The position numbers and the translations under genes are program-made. The notes under the pieces are model-generated. The model did not search any database. It saw nothing but the letters and a program-made list of their open reading frames with translations, and was not told the DNA's origin. From Octopus vulgaris (lineage: Eukaryota), in contig OX597819.1 of the NCBI GenBank assembly GCA_951406725.2, forward strand, positions 115,444,001 through 115,508,000: a DNA stretch of 64,000 bases, read 5' to 3'. This document shows positions 1 through 14,523 of the stretch, one piece after another (the stretch's first letter is position 1; every line of letters starts with the position of its first letter).

Positions 1-188
1 AAGAATCTTTTACCTATATATATATTGTTAACAATTAGAGAACACCTGTCATGTCTACAGGAAATTGTGGGTTCAAATTCCATCATTAGCCTTCAACTTT
101 TTCTGTCCAAAAGGGTTTATCAGCCCAATGTTTAAATGCTATTATTCATAGCATTATATGAATTTCAAGAACCAATTCTGAAAAAGAA

Positions 189-230
<42 letters not shown>

Positions 231-249
231 TGCATGTGTGTGTGTGTGA

Positions 250-800
250 AGGAATAAGTACTAAGAGCACAGGGGACTTAGATTCTCTTAAATGCCCAGG
301 AGGCTCTCTTGAGGTTGTAGATAGTTTCTGTTACCTAGGTGACCAAATTAGCAATGGTGGAGGATGCTCTGAAAGTATTGTTTCTAGAATAAGAATAGGG
401 TAGGGAAAGTTCAGAGAGATATTACCTCTGTTGCCAACAAAAGCACTCTCTCTCTCAGAGTGAAAAGTAGACTGTATGATGCTTGTATGTGAATGGCTAT
501 ACTCTGTGGTAATGAGGCATGGGCTCTGAATGCAGAAGACATGCGTAGACTGTAGAGAAATGAAGGCAATATGCTCTGCTGGATGTGCAACATCAGTGTG
601 CATGTACGACAAAGTACAAATGTATTGAGAGATAAGTTGGGCATAAGAGGAATCAAATGTAGCATGCAAGAGCGAAGACTAGATTGGTTTAGACATTTAA
701 TGTGTATGAATGAGGACAGCTGCATAAAGGAGCGCCAATCACTGAAAGTGGATGGTACTCGTAGAAGAGGGAGACCCAGGAAGACATGGGATGACTGTCT
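250..800 (+). mobile_element. Decayed RTE-like LINE C-terminal fragment
   Basis: LEVVDSFCYLGD..RIRIG, ERRLDWFRH..RRRGRPRKTW with stops and frameshifts. Confidence 0.8.
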
Positions 801-2938
801 CACTGTATCATTGCCATCTGCTAGCACCCACCTCCACTGATCTGTGTGTTCCACCCACAATTAACAAGAAAACTTTTCACACACCCTACTTCAACAAACC
901 ATTTTACATCTCTGCATCTTTTCTCTTCCTCACATTTACTCCTTCATGTACTATACCTACCTCTTACTCTACAATTCTGTCCTCACAGCCCTATTTCTCT
1001 GTATCATTGCTATCCAGTAGCCCTCTCCCCCATCACCACTCTATATACCCAGGTTTTCACCTCTCACTTCCCCTCTCCTCTCTCTAATCATGCTTCTTTG
1101 GCAATATGCTACCACTTATAGTATGACTTTTGAACCTCAAGGGTATGCCCTGGCATTTGCTACTATCTATATCTCTCTCTGCCATCCCATTTATATTCTG
1201 ATTCCTGTCCCTTGTGAGTATGCCTGGCACTTTGCCACCATCTCTATCCTGAGGTCTCCCACTCTCTCTCACCTTGTCCTGCGATTCACTCAGGTTGGGT
1301 GACCATTATCTTTGCAGTAGCACACCTGTTTCTGTCCTCATTCCTGATCTCTCTCTCTTTCTCCGTCCAGGTAACTTTGTACCTCCTCTACAGCAAGACA
1401 CCTGTTTCTGTCTGTGTCTCACAGAGCCTTTCATTATCTGACACAAAATCATCTCCTTCACTGCTCTCTCCCCTCTCAAAGGAGTTTTCTTTTGCAGGTT
1501 ACTTGGTGGCCCTGTCAGTGAAGGTTCCACTTAAAAAGCATGCAGTCCACACTGTAAAGTGGTTGGCATTTGGAAGGGCATCCAACTGTTAAAACCTTTC
1601 CAAAACTGACCTTGCCTGGGCTTGTGTCATGAAAAAAGCATTAAGTCCACTCTGCTGAGTGGTTGGTATTAGGAAGAGCATCCAGCTGTAAAAATCCTGC
1701 TAAAACAGTCACAGAAGTCTGGTGCAGTCTTTTGCCTGGCTGGCTCTTGTCTAATTGTCCCACCCATGCCAGCACAGAAGGCAGAATTTAAACGATGATG
1801 ATGATGATGATGATGTTATATATATGCTTCTTTCAGTTTCTGTCTGTTAAATCCAAGGCTTTGATCAGACTGGGGCTATAATAGAAATACAGTATTTCTA
1901 ATACCACACTAAGACCACATGGTTGGGAAGCAAACTTTTTAACCACAGAGCCATGCCTGAACCAATACACTCCATGCATTTAGTATGTTAACACTGATTA
2001 ACCTATTGTTTTTGAAGCCAAACTTTGACCCATTTAATTACTAAACATTTCTGTTCTCCCCCCCATCAACAAATATAGTGAGATGTCAGAATTAGTTGAA
2101 AATGCCTAGAGTTTTTTTTATTTTATTTGGTATACAGAGATTCTTGATGTAAAATTGCATGTTAGAACCAATTTTGCTGTATCTTGGGAGGGTCATTAGG
2201 CCATTAATAAACACATGCACTGGTTCTATTTCTCTAGGTAGGTCTGCAGTACAGAGGACATATCATTGATGGGTTGTGAATGATGATAGAATGACTTTGA
2301 CAAATTTGATTGATTAGTTGACTGGACAGTTAATCAAACAATTGATTAGTTAATTGGTTTAAATAATTAATCAACTGGCAAAAATAAAGAAGTGAAAGAG
2401 AATCAGTGCATGTCTTTTACTCTCTTTTACTTGTTTCAGTCATTTGACTGTGACCATGCTGGAGCACTGCCTTTAGTCGAGCAAATCGACCCCAGGACTT
2501 ATTCTTTGTAAGCCTAGTACTTATTCTCTCAGTCTCTTTTACTGAACTGCTATGTTACGGGGACGTAAACACACCAGCATCGGTTGTCACGCAATGTTGG
2601 AGGGACAAACACAGACACACAAGCATATACACACAAACATACATATATACAACGGGCTTCTTTCAGTTTCTGTCTACCAAATCCATTCACAAGGCTTTGG
2701 TTGGCCTGAGGCTATAGCAGAAGACACATGCCCAAGGTGCCACGCAGTGGGACTGAACCCGGAACCATGTGGTTGGTAAGCAAGCTACTTACCACAGCTG
2801 CCACTCCTTGGCATAATCACCCTCCTGAGATGTAACAAAACATTGCCCAGAGTTGTTTTCTGTGTTTATTGGCTTAATGGAAATAGTGTTAATCATTGAT
2901 TAATACAGTCATCTCTCTCTCTCTAAATATATATATAC

Positions 2939-2969
<31 letters not shown>

Positions 2970-4980
2970 AACAGAAAAGATTGCAATTGTTTAAAATTAT
3001 GCAGATTGGAAAACAAGTTGCACTTTGACCTAGAGTTATTTTTTATAGTGGCAAATAGCTGTTATTTATTTTTTATAATCTTGAAAGATAAAATGATCAA
3101 GTACTATCAGCAACGATAAACTATTCTACTTTTGCTTCAATGCAACAGTTGTATAACAGTTACTATTTTTATACTGAAAACATCATTACTATGCCAGACA
3201 AAATGCTAAGTAGCATTTCTTCCACCTTTACATTCATCATCATCATCATCATCATTATCGTTTAACGTTCGCTTTTCATGCTGGCAGGGGTTGGATGGTT
3301 TGACTAAGGACTGGGAGGCTGCTCCAGGCTCCAATCTGATTTGGCAAGGTTTTTACTGTTGGATGCCCTTCCTAATGTCAACCACTCTGAGAGTGTAGTC
3401 CATTCTGAGTTTAAATTCCACGAGGGTTGACTTTGCCTTTCATCCTTTCAGTGTCAATAAAATTAGTACCAGCTGAGCACTGGGGTTCATGTAATCGATT
3501 TGCCTCTTTTCCAAAATTGCTGGCATTGTGCCAAATTTTGAATCTATTATTATACTAAAAAACAAGTTGGCAAGCTGGGTAAAATGCTTAAAACCTTGCT
3601 AAAACTGACCGTGCCTGGGCTTGTGTCATGAAAAGAGCACTAAGTCCACTCTGCTGAGTGGTTGGTGTTAGGAAGGGCATCCAGCTGTAAAAATCCTGCC
3701 CAAACAGTCACAGAAGTCTGGTGCAGTCCTTTGCCTGGCCGGTTCCCGTCTAATTGTCCCACCCATGCCAGCATGGAAGACAGAATTTAAACGATGATGA
3801 TGTTGATGTTATATATATGCTTCTTTCAGTTTCTGTCTGTTAAATCCAAGGCTTTGATCAGACTGGGTCTATCTTTACATCCTGAGTTGACATTTCACTT
3901 GACTTAGCTTTTCATGTTGATAAAAGAAGTTTTAGTTGAGCACAGTTCTCAACTGGGTCGATATAATTGATTAGCTCCCTCCCCTAATGTTGTACAAAAT
4001 CTCAAAATTATTATGATACTAAAAACAGACAGGAAACAGGCAGCATTGTGACTGCGCCAGATAAAATGCTTAGTGGTATTTCATCAAAAGGCGGCAAGCT
4101 GGCAGAAACGTTAGCACGATGGGCGAAATGCGTAGACGTATTTTGTCTGTCGTTACGTTGTGAGTTCAAATTCTGTCGAGGTCGACTTTGCCGTTCATCC
4201 TTTCGGGGTCGATAAACTAAGCACCAGTTACGCACTGGGGTCGATATGATCGGCTTAATCTGTTTGTCTGTCCTTGTTTGTCCCCCTTGTGGGTAGTAAA
4301 GAAATAGGTATTTCATCTAGTTCTTTGAGTCCAAATTCTGCTGAGATCAACTTTGCCTTTCATCCTTTTGGAGTCTATAAGTACCAGTCAGGTATTGGGG
4401 TCAATGTAATTGAAACATCCTTTTCCCAAAATGTCAAGCCTTGTGGCAATAGTAGAGTGAATTATTATTATACTAAAAACAAAGAGCACTGCAAATACCT
4501 TGTGGTATTTGTTCCGGCTATTTACAATTTGAGTTCAAGTCTCACCGAGGTCAACTTTTCCATTCTTTCTTTCTAGGGTAGCTAAATCAAAGTACCAAAT
4601 AAATTGAAGTATTGGTAAGAATTCAATTGATTAAATTCTCCCCACTGAAATTTCTTTCCTTGTGCCTAAGTTAGAAACGATTAATACATATCATCATCAT
4701 CATTACTGTTTTAATGTTCTCTTTTCCATGCTTATATGAGCTGTTGAAGATCCTGCTGTCCAGTGATGGTTTAGAAATTCTTCTATTTATACCTGCGACT
4801 AAGCTTCTTATTACAGCTTCATCTAAAGACTGCGATTTTCATAACATCTCCAACATCAAATGGAGTATCAACAGGGATTCTCTTACTCACCTGGAACTTG
4901 CAACTGCCAACTTTGAATCTGTAAAAGACTATAAAAATTCCAGCAACCTTCATTGTCTATCAGTAGGAAGAATGAACTAT

Positions 4981-5482
4981 ATACAGGGTTATTCAAAAAG
5001 AATGAACCAATTTCATTATGCAATATTTTAATAAGGAAAAGCAACAGAAAACTCCAGCTAAGTCACAAGTATTTACTAACAATCAACTTTTATTTTCTGT
5101 CTTACAAGTGTTCAATGTGGCCACCACCTGCAGCACAGACAACATCAATGCACTAAGATATTTCCTCCCAGATGCATATGAGCATATCAAAAGCAAGTTC
5201 ATTATGGAACTAAAGAATAAATTTGCTTTGAGGCGATTCCAGAAGATATTGACATAGAAGGGAAATGGAAAAACTTTGATAAAACACTCAACTAGACATC
5301 CAAGGAAGTACTCAGTGGATCGTGATATGCTGATATCTGTCTGGGAGGAATTCTCTTATTGCATTGATGTTACCTGTGCTGCAGGTGGTGACCACATCGA
5401 ACACTTGTAAGACAGGAAATTAAAGTTGATTGTGAGTAAATACTTGTGACTTAGCTGGAGTTTTCTTTTGCTTTTCCTTACT
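4981..5482. mobile_element. Tc1/mariner-derived MITE with about 120-bp inverted arms
   Basis: TACAGGGT start; 5030-5152 is the inverted copy of 5360-5481; the arm encodes IDVTCAAGGDHIEHL* like a transposase C-terminus. Confidence 0.75.
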
Positions 5483-8400
5483 AATATGTCAACAGCTCCC
5501 TGCCAACATCCTATGTGAGCCTGTGGGCTTAAGACTAAAGAAAAGAACTGGCATCACTTCCACAGCATTAACACATTGTGACCTGAGATGACCAGTAGTG
5601 GTCTAACATTTAGAAACACTCTTGAATTTGTCTTAAATCCATCACTCTTTTTCCGATATCAGGTGCAATGGGTTCGTCTTATGTGTCCACAAAACTTATT
5701 TGGAGCTGAGTCAAACTGTTATTTAAAAATATATGTAACTCCTATCAAATGTGTTGAGTGCCACTTCCTTTCTTTAGTCCACTCACTTGTATATGACATT
5801 TCTTTCAGTTTTTGTTTACCAGCCAACGGTCACTCTCCTCTCCTATGAACTTACCTGTCACACCTCCTAATCCACTATCTATATTAATTCTTATCTCACC
5901 TCTTGTACCATGAGAGTACTCTCTGACATCGTATCACCAACATTTATTCAGAACATTTTTCATCCAATGCCCAGTACTCTTTCATTTTTGTTGTTAAATC
6001 ACCTTTGTATAATATCAAAATAAATCTACATAAAATTAGATTTCACAAGTTATTATTTCATAGTCTTATAATTTCAAGTTTTAGGGGTGGGCATCACTGA
6101 GTACTTGCATGACAGCATTGAGGTTTCATATCTGATCTCATTATAAGACACCTGGAGCAATTATCTTCTGCTATCATCTTAGTTTGAATGATGCTTTGGG
6201 GGTGAAATTTGGTGAACAGAAAGTCTGACATATCTAACTATCTATATAGATCGATAAATCATCATCATATTAATGTCCAATTCTCCATGTTTTCATGAGT
6301 TAGATGAAGTTTGAGGTAGATTTTTTATGGCCAAATGCCTTTCCTGTTACTAACATCATCATCATTTAATGTCCGTGTTCCATACTAGCACAGGTGGGAC
6401 AGTACCACAAGAACCAGGCAGGCTGAAGCCTGCACCAGACTTCTCTGATTGTTAAGTAATATTTATTTCTCCATGACCAGACACGTTTTAGAAATCAATA
6501 ACACCACCTGTATTACTGATATTCATTTACAACTATCATGTGATGTCAAAAGAAAGTGACAATACACACACATAAATACATGTTTTTATATACTCATTAT
6601 ATATATATATATATAAAAACACACACATAGACATTTTATATATATATAATGGGTTTCTTTCAGTTTCCACCAACATATCCACTAACAAGCCTGAGGCTAT
6701 ACTAGAAGATACTCGTTGTAGGTGCCACACAATGGGATTGAACCAGAAACCATGTGGCTGGAAAACAAACTTATTACTGTACTTATTTCTTTATTACCCA
6801 CAAGAGGCTAAACATAGAGGGGACAAACAAAGGAATTAAGTTGATTACATTGACCTTAGTGCGTAACTGGTACTTAATTTATCGGCCCTGAAAGGATGAA
6901 AGGCTAAGTCAACCTTGGCGGAATTTGAACTCAGAACGTAAAGGCAGATGAAATACCTATTTCTTTACTACCCACAAGGGGCTAAACACAGAGAGGACAA
7001 ACAAGGACAGACAAACGGATTAAGTCGATTATATTGACCCCAGGCATAACTGGTACTTATTTAATTGACCCTGAAAGGATGAAAGGCAAAGTTGACCTCG
7101 GCGGAATTTGAACTCAGAACGTAGCAGCAGACGAAATATCGCTAAGCATTTCTGCCAGCTTGCTGCCTTTTTATTATTTTTTACTATACTACCATGCCTG
7201 CACCTATACAAATCTCAAAAATGTATACCTGTACATGAGCACAAGGTAGATATAAAAGCTAGCAACAATAGTTGTAATATGTATAACTTTTAAAGCTATT
7301 TTCTGCATTTATAAGATAAGTATTTAAAAAATTTTAATAGTTAAATCTATAGACCATACAAATTATACCTTGACTGATCTCTCAATAGAATAAGGTCATT
7401 GATCACAGGGTTGGGAAATAGAAGAGTAGACTTAACAATCCTAAGAAATAATTAAATAAATTTAGGTTTGGCTTAAAAAGAAACATAAGAGGTAGCTTAT
7501 CTAACTGCTTTGTACCCAAATAATAAATCTATTAGTCACTATACCTGGTTCTATGAAACAACCTTCCACTTTTAAAGTGATATAAACAAAACTCTTCAAT
7601 CAATATTTCATGATTTATGTTCTAAATCTCAGTTTAATAATGACAAAGTTATTTTAATGCATTCTTCTTTCTTTTAAAAATTAATTTAAATAAAATTGTG
7701 TTTCAACTGAAATATAGTAACGAAATGGTAAAGTAATTGCCACTTCAAATACAACTAATGAAAAGGTGAAAATACTTAAAAAGAAAATTTTGAAGAAAGT
7801 TTTTAATTCAGTGTCACCCCACAGCATCTTTGGTGTCTTCCATGAGATATGAGCTCACCAAAGCCTTACGACTCGATTTGATAGAAAGAAACCTGTTGTA
7901 TATCATCACAATTTTTTTTATATTATATGTACATACAGGCGCAGGAGTGGCTGTGTGGTAAGTAGCTTGTTTATCAACCACATGGTTCTGGGTTTAGTCC
8001 CACTGCGTAGCACCTTGGGCAAGTGTCTTCTACTATAGCCTCGGGTCGACCAAAGCCTTGTGAGTGGATTTGGTAGACGGAAACTGAAAGAAGCCCGTCG
8101 TATATATATGTGCGTGTTTGTGTTTGTCCCCCTAGCATTGCTTGACAACCGATGCTGGTGTGTTCATGTCCCCATTACTTAGCGGTTCGGCAAAAGAGAC
8201 CGATAGAATAAGTACTGGGCTTACAAAACAATAAGTCCCGGGGTCAAGTTGCTCGATTAAAGGCGTTGCTCCAGCATGGCCGCAGTCAAATGACTGAAAC
8301 AAGTAAAAGAGAAATACAAACACACACCCACTTTTGTCCCTCCAGATCAACTGTCCACGTTCCTTCTTATATTCATCTTCTTGTATCTTGACATGTTCTG

Positions 8401-9849
8401 TTACCTTGTTACCACCATCTCTTTCCAGCAACTCTCACTTACCCTAATATAACTTGGGGTGGTCATGTATCTCCTCTCCAGCAATATACCTGTGCTTGTC
8501 CCTTTATGAGATCAGATATGAAACCTCAAAGCTGTCATGCAAGCACTCAGTCATGCACCCCCACTAAAACTTGAAATTATAAGACTATTGATCTTTCTCA
8601 ATGAAATAATAACTGGTGAAATCTAATTTTAAGTCGATTTATTTTGGTATCATACAAGGGTGATTTAACAACAGAAATGAAAGAGTACTGGGCATTGGTC
8701 TTTTCCTTCTGTTGTCTTGCAAGTCGATTGGTGACCTCACAAGTGCTGGTGGCATGAGAGAAAAAGAACCCAGTACACACTGTAATGATGTTGGCATCAG
8801 GAGGAGCATCCAAGCACAGAACCATGGCACTCAGCTGCAGTCAGGCAGCTCACTCAATTCAGTCAAATAATCCAAACTCTTTTACTTGCTTCAGTCATTT
8901 GATTGTGGCCATGCTGGAGCACCACCTTTTAGTTGAGCAAATCGACCGCAGGACTTATTCTTTGTAAGCCTAGTACCTATTCTATCGGTTCTTTTTTGCC
9001 GAACCGCTAAGTTACGGGGACGTAAACACAACAGCATCGGTTGTCAAGCGATGTTGGGGGGGACAAACACGCACACACATATATATATATACGACGGGCT
9101 TCTTTCAGTTTCCGTCTACCAAATCCACTCACAAGGCTTTGGTCGGCCCGAGGCTATAGTAGAAGACACTTGCCCAAGGTGCCACGCAGTGGGACTGAAC
9201 CCGGAACCATGTGGTTGGTAAGCAAGCTACTTACCACACAGCCACTCCTACGCCTATGGAAAATGGACATTATATGTCGATGACATATGTATGTATCATC
9301 ATCATTTTAACATCCACTTTTCCATTCTGTTGAGTCATGCTTTCTATGGCTGGATGCCCTTCCTGTTGCTAATTCTCATCTGCTTTCAACCAAGGTCATA
9401 TTTCACAAGTCTATTGCAAAACTAACATTCCAGACATAGTTATGCAGTGAACTGGAAACATATGACACCATTCTGAACGAGTCTTTTTGTTTACAAAGAG
9501 CATGCAACACGTCCAGATATGCTTGTGCAGTGACTGCAAGCAAATGACAGCCTGTAATGATTGCAAAGCTGTTGTCTACACTGAGTGGACACACAAGATG
9601 AGAAGAAATACACACACAATCACTAGCACCGATATATAGTTCTTTACTACCCACAAGGGGCTAAACACAGAAGGGACAAACAAGGACAGACAAACGGATT
9701 AAGTCGATTACATCGACCCCAGTGCGTAACTGGTACTTAATTTATCAACCCATGAAAGGATGAAAGGCAAAAATCGACCTCGGCGGAATTTGAACTCAGA
9801 ACGTAACGGCAGACGAAATACGGCCACGCATTTCACCCGGCGTGCTAAC

Positions 9850-10540
9850 CAAGAAGCTGATCAAGAAGTTGAAACACCGGTTGGAGCCAGATATACTGGC
9901 TCTGACAAGATCAACACCCAGAACAAGTGGCTCAATCTCACTCAAGGAGATGCCCAGTGTGATGCAGACGAAATTTCCAGCAGTAATCATGGTCTTTGGT
10001 GTTGTCAGCAGTGATAATGATGTCATGGCACACAACTTCTTCCTCGAGAGCCTCAGGCTGGATACTGGTAGCTACAATTGTGTTTTGAGCAACGAGGTGA
10101 AACCCTGGATTGATTGCATAGCTGCAGAGAGGCTGCATACGTGGAAAGACTGTGCTCTGCCACACCTGCCAAAAGACCCAGGCCTGGCTGTTGGAGAATT
10201 TCTTCAATCACATTGCACCTGACATTTGACCTCCCTCTCAAATCACTTGACTGCAACTCCTCAACTTCTTTGTGCAAGGCACAGTGGAATAAGAGTCCAA
10301 CAGATGCAGCTGCAACATGAAGGATGAGCTGAGGGCCAGGATTATCAGGGCCTTTAGGGACCTAAAACAGGAAGTAGTGATGAAGGTATGTGGCTGGTTC
10401 CAAAGTTACCTGGAGGCTATCATTGAGGCCCAAAGCGGGTTCAAGTGAGATTAACAGAACATGTCATGAAGACAAACTGACCCTAGTTTGACATATATCA
10501 CAAAAAAATGAAGTTTTATCTTTTTTTTCCTGAGACAGTC
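9850..10540 (+). mobile_element. Decayed Tc1/mariner-superfamily transposase C-terminal part
   Basis: TKFPAVIMVFGVVSSD..VKPWI..; degenerate PP-S-DCN.L.F; ELRARI..LEAIIEA.G. Confidence 0.72.
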
Positions 10541-11044
10541 ATTATGCAAACAGATATACACAAACACATAGGTGCAGGTATAGCTGTGTGGTTAAGAAGC
10601 TCACTTTGTAACCATGTGGTTTCAGGTTCAAACCTACTGTATGGCACCTAGGGCAAGTGTCTTCCACTACAGCTCCAGGCTCCAATCTTGATCTGGCAGA
10701 GTTTCTACAGCTGGATGCTCTTCCTAACGCCAACCTTCCGAGAGTGTAGTGGGTGCTTTTTATGTGCCACTGGCATGGAAGCCGGTTAGCCACTCTGTCA
10801 ATGATCACACTTGTATGGTGGTCTTTGCTACTATGGATGCCAGTCATCAAATTGATTTTGGTTTTGATTTCATTTGCCTCAACAGGTCTTCGCAAGCAGA
10901 GTATAGTGACCAAAGAAGGAAAAGGTACGCATAAGCGGGCTGTTCTGTTATAAAATAAAATATGTTCACCTCAATCAAAAATACAATAAACACAAATAAA
11001 AAAAAATTAAATCTCTTTATTACTCTCCTCAAACATCAATATTC

Positions 11045-11305
11045 TTATTCTGAAGTTTTGTTTTTCTTTGAAGACTTTGATTCATTATTTGACTTTCGCT
11101 TCTTCTTAGCATTTCCACTCGGAGTTTCCGTTGTGCTTTCAGTTTGTAAGACTGGCATTTTATCCCACAGGTCATCAGGAGCATTTTCATCTTCGTTTTG
11201 GTCTACTGTTGAGTTTTCATTATTCGGACAGCTGCTGGCGCTTTCCCCAGCTGATGGCCACTTTTTGGCAAACAACAAGCAGTTTAAACGCGACTTCAAA
11301 TAAAA
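11045..11305 (-). CDS. WDR74: WDR74 coding exon 10 (stop)
   Basis: ttctag acceptor; FYLKSRLNCLLF matches VYLKSQLNCLLL; acidic DDLWDKM segment and Lys-rich NLS-like tail; TAA ends at 11045; AATAAA on minus strand at 11016-11021. Confidence 0.92.
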   Translation of the reverse strand, partial: FYLKSRLNCLLFAKKWPSAGESASSCPNNENSTVDQNEDENAPDDLWDKMPVLQTESTTETPSGNAKKKRKSNNESKSSKKNKTSE

Positions 11306-12232
11306 CTAGAACGAAGTAAAGAACATCAAGGAATAATCAAATTACTGAGACTAAAAGACATTTCAAGAATAACAGCTAAATTATAATAATAATAATAATA
11401 ATCCTTTCTACTATAGACAAAAGGCCTGAAATTTTGGTGGAGGGGATAAGTCGATTACATCACCCCCAGTACTTGATTGGTACTTATATTATTGACCCCA
11501 CCAAAAAGATGAAAGGCAAAGTCAGTAACAACAGAATTTGAACTTAGAACATAAGGAAGGATGGAATCCTGCTGAGGATGCTAACGATTCTGCCAGCTCA
11601 CTGCCTTAATAATAATAATCCTTTTGGCTATAGGCACAAGGCCTGAAATTTTGCGGGAAGGAATTAGTCAATTACATCAACCCCAGTGCTTCACTGGTAC
11701 TTGAGTTATCGACCCTGAAAGGATGAAAGGTAAAGTCAACCTTGGTGGAATCTGAACACCAAATGTAAAGTTAGACAAAATGCTGCTAAGCATTTTGCCA
11801 AGCGTGCTGAGTCTGCCAGCTCGCTGTCTTAATACTCTTTACTCTTTTACTTGCTTCAGTCATTTGACTGTGGCCATGCTGGAGCACCGCCTTTAATCGA
11901 GCAACTCGACCCAGGACTTATTCTTTATAAGTCCAGTACTTATTCTATCGGTCTCTTTTTGCCGAACCGCTAAGTGACGGGGACATAAACACACCAGCAT
12001 TGGTTGTCAAGCGATGCTAGGGGGACAAACACAGACACACACACATATATATATATATACACATATATACGACGGGCTTCTTTCAGTTTCCGTCTACCAA
12101 ATCCACTCACAAGGCTTTGGTCGGCCTGAGGCTACAGTAGAAGACACTTGCCCAAGGTGCCACACAGTGGGACTGAACCCAGAACCATGTGGTTGGTAAA
12201 CAAGCTACTTACCACACAGCCACTCCTGCGCC

Positions 12233-12274
<42 letters not shown>

Positions 12275-12511
12275 TCCTTTCTACTAAAGGCACAAGGCCG
12301 TAAATTTGGGGTAGGGTTACCTATCTTATCGAACCCAAAAGGATGAAAGGCAAAAGAATGGGATGATCACAGCTGAAATGCGTTTGATCATAGATCTATT
12401 TAGAATCGGTCTGTATGGTGCTAAGCATCATCATCATCAGCAACATTACTCAGATCAGATAAAGACATTTTTTTTGTTGTAACAAGCACTGACAGGTAAA
12501 AAGATACTCAC

Positions 12512-12654
12512 ACTGTAGATCATTTCTCTTGATACCAAATTATAAACACGGAGGTAACGATCAAGCCCACAAGTAGCAACATATGGTAGAGTTGGATGAC
12601 ATTGGATACCGCGAATTCCACCACTAAAACCTTTGAATTTACCAGTTATTTTTC
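12512..12654 (-). CDS. WDR74: WDR74 coding exon 9
   Basis: GKITGKFKGFSGGIRGIQCHPTLPYVATCGLDRYLRVYNLVSREMIYS matches GSVRGLQCHPSKPLLASCGLDRVLR; cag/gtgagt. Confidence 0.95.
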
Positions 12655-14029
12655 CTGGAATATTTAGAAAATTAACACTTTTGTTCAATAAACAGTTATG
12701 TTGGCTTTAATTCAATTTCTATTTTATTTTGAGTATTAAATTTTCTACCTCCATTTAATATCTTCATCTTGCACATTTTTGACTGGAATTGTTTATTTAA
12801 ATGCTACAAATCATTTAATGTCCACTTTCCATGCTGACATGGGCTGGACAGTTTTACAGGAGCTGGGCAGCTGCCCAGGATCCATATTCTGTTTTGCCAT
12901 AGTTTCTATGGCTGGATGCCCTTCCTAACGCCAATCACTGTACTGGAAGCTTTTATGTGGAACCAGTATGGGCGTTTTTATGTGACATAGGCATGGGCAC
13001 TTTTATGAGGTACCACCACCCATGAGTCCTTAGCTGAAAGAGGGGCATAGGTCCTCATTAGATGTGTGCTATAGGACTACAAGATCATAGCTGATCTGGG
13101 TCTATACAATAGGCTTCAACAAATGGTGCAGCTGTCCCTCCCACTGTTTCACAGCCCAGGTATCTTCATCTTCAGAACCTCCATCTGTATGTTTATGCCC
13201 TAGACTGTGCCTGCCACTTATGTATCCAGTCCCACAAGGAGAAAAGGATGGATGGAATCCTGCTAAGCATTCTGCCAGCTCACTACCTTAATAATAATAA
13301 TCCTTTCGGCTATAGGCACAAGGCCTGAAATTTGGGGGGAGGGGACTGGTTGATTACATCAACCCCAGTGACATAAACATAGGTAGATACTGCAACATAT
13401 TTTGCTTGTTGCTCTACTAATTCTACCAATCAGACAAACTTAACCCTTCGAACCCTGGATGTTACTGCTACCACCACTGTCAACATTGGAATTGTGAGTC
13501 AGTGGATTAAAAGGATTGAAACTATTACTTTTAGGTACCACTAAAAAATATTATCAATACATCAAAAACCTAAATATTAGCTCCTCTTCAACAAAAAAAC
13601 CCTGCTCCATTTGGCCCCTTCTTTCATACTTAAACCTCTCATCTCATAGCATAAAGTGCCCCTGCCTCTAGTTGAAAGGGATCTTTGCTTTGCAAGCTCT
13701 AAGGCAACCTCACTAGTGCTGGTACCATGAAAACAGCTCTCAGTAAAGTGGTTGGCATTAGAAAGGGCCTTTTGCAGCAGAAACCATGCCAAAGTAGACA
13801 TTGATGCACAAGACATTCCACAGATACATTATTTCCTTTCAAACCATCCAACCCATACCAGTATGGAATGTAGACATTAAAGGATAAGGATAAGGATGAC
13901 TGAGGTGTAATTTATGTTAAAAAAAGCTTGTTTGCTTTTGAGAGGAGTATAGAGCACAACAGAAACATCTAGATCCACAAGAACCTTGACATACAAATCA
14001 TATCTCAGGGTGGTATTGATGATGTTTGT

Positions 14030-14310
14030 GAAGGCACGTGGCTCAGTGGTCAGAGCGTCGAGCTTACGATTGTGAGGTTGTGAGCTCGAATCCCGGACCG
14101 GACTGCATGTTGTGTTCTTGAGCAAGACACTTTATTTCACGTTGCTCCAGTCCACTCAGCTGTAGAAATGAGTTGCGACGTGGAGAGGGGAGGCCAGTAT
14201 GCATGGGCAACTGCTGGTCTTCCATAAAACAACCTTGCCCAGACTTGTGCCTCAGAGGGTAACTCCCTAGGTGCAAACCCATGGTCAGTGTCTGACCGAA
14301 GGGGGTCACC
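14030..14310 (+). mobile_element. tRNA-derived SINE family E
   Basis: gtggctcagtggtcagagcg..ctcgaatcccgg head followed by gtgttcttgagcaagacacttt core. Confidence 0.7.
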
Positions 14311-14467
14311 ACCATTGATGATGTTTGATTAAGATCTATATTATAAATATTGATCTGTATTGTTTTGGCTGCTGTTAAAAAAAAAGAAAAATGGGTAAAA
14401 ATAGTTCTTTTCAATACAAGAAAAGAAACTTAATATTTTACAAGAAAAAAACTTAATATTATTTTAC

Positions 14468-14523
14468 CTTTACGAATATCCATGCTGACCATATCACCTT
14501 TCGAAGAACCAACTATAATTTGG
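14468..14523 (-). CDS. WDR74: WDR74 coding exon 8
   Basis: (N)QIIVGSSKGDMVSMDIRK(G); cag/gtaaaa; phase 2->1. Confidence 0.9.

Noticed and set aside
7918-9283. Recurrent RRASFSFRLPNPLTRLWS / DTCPRCHAVGLNPEPCGW ORFs
   Set aside because: Translations of SINE family A copies, not a protein family.
14030-14105. tRNA-like sequences (also the heads of SINE families A and D)
   Set aside because: A and B boxes are present but there is no clean cloverleaf, and each runs into a repeated SINE body; these are SINE heads, not tRNA genes.
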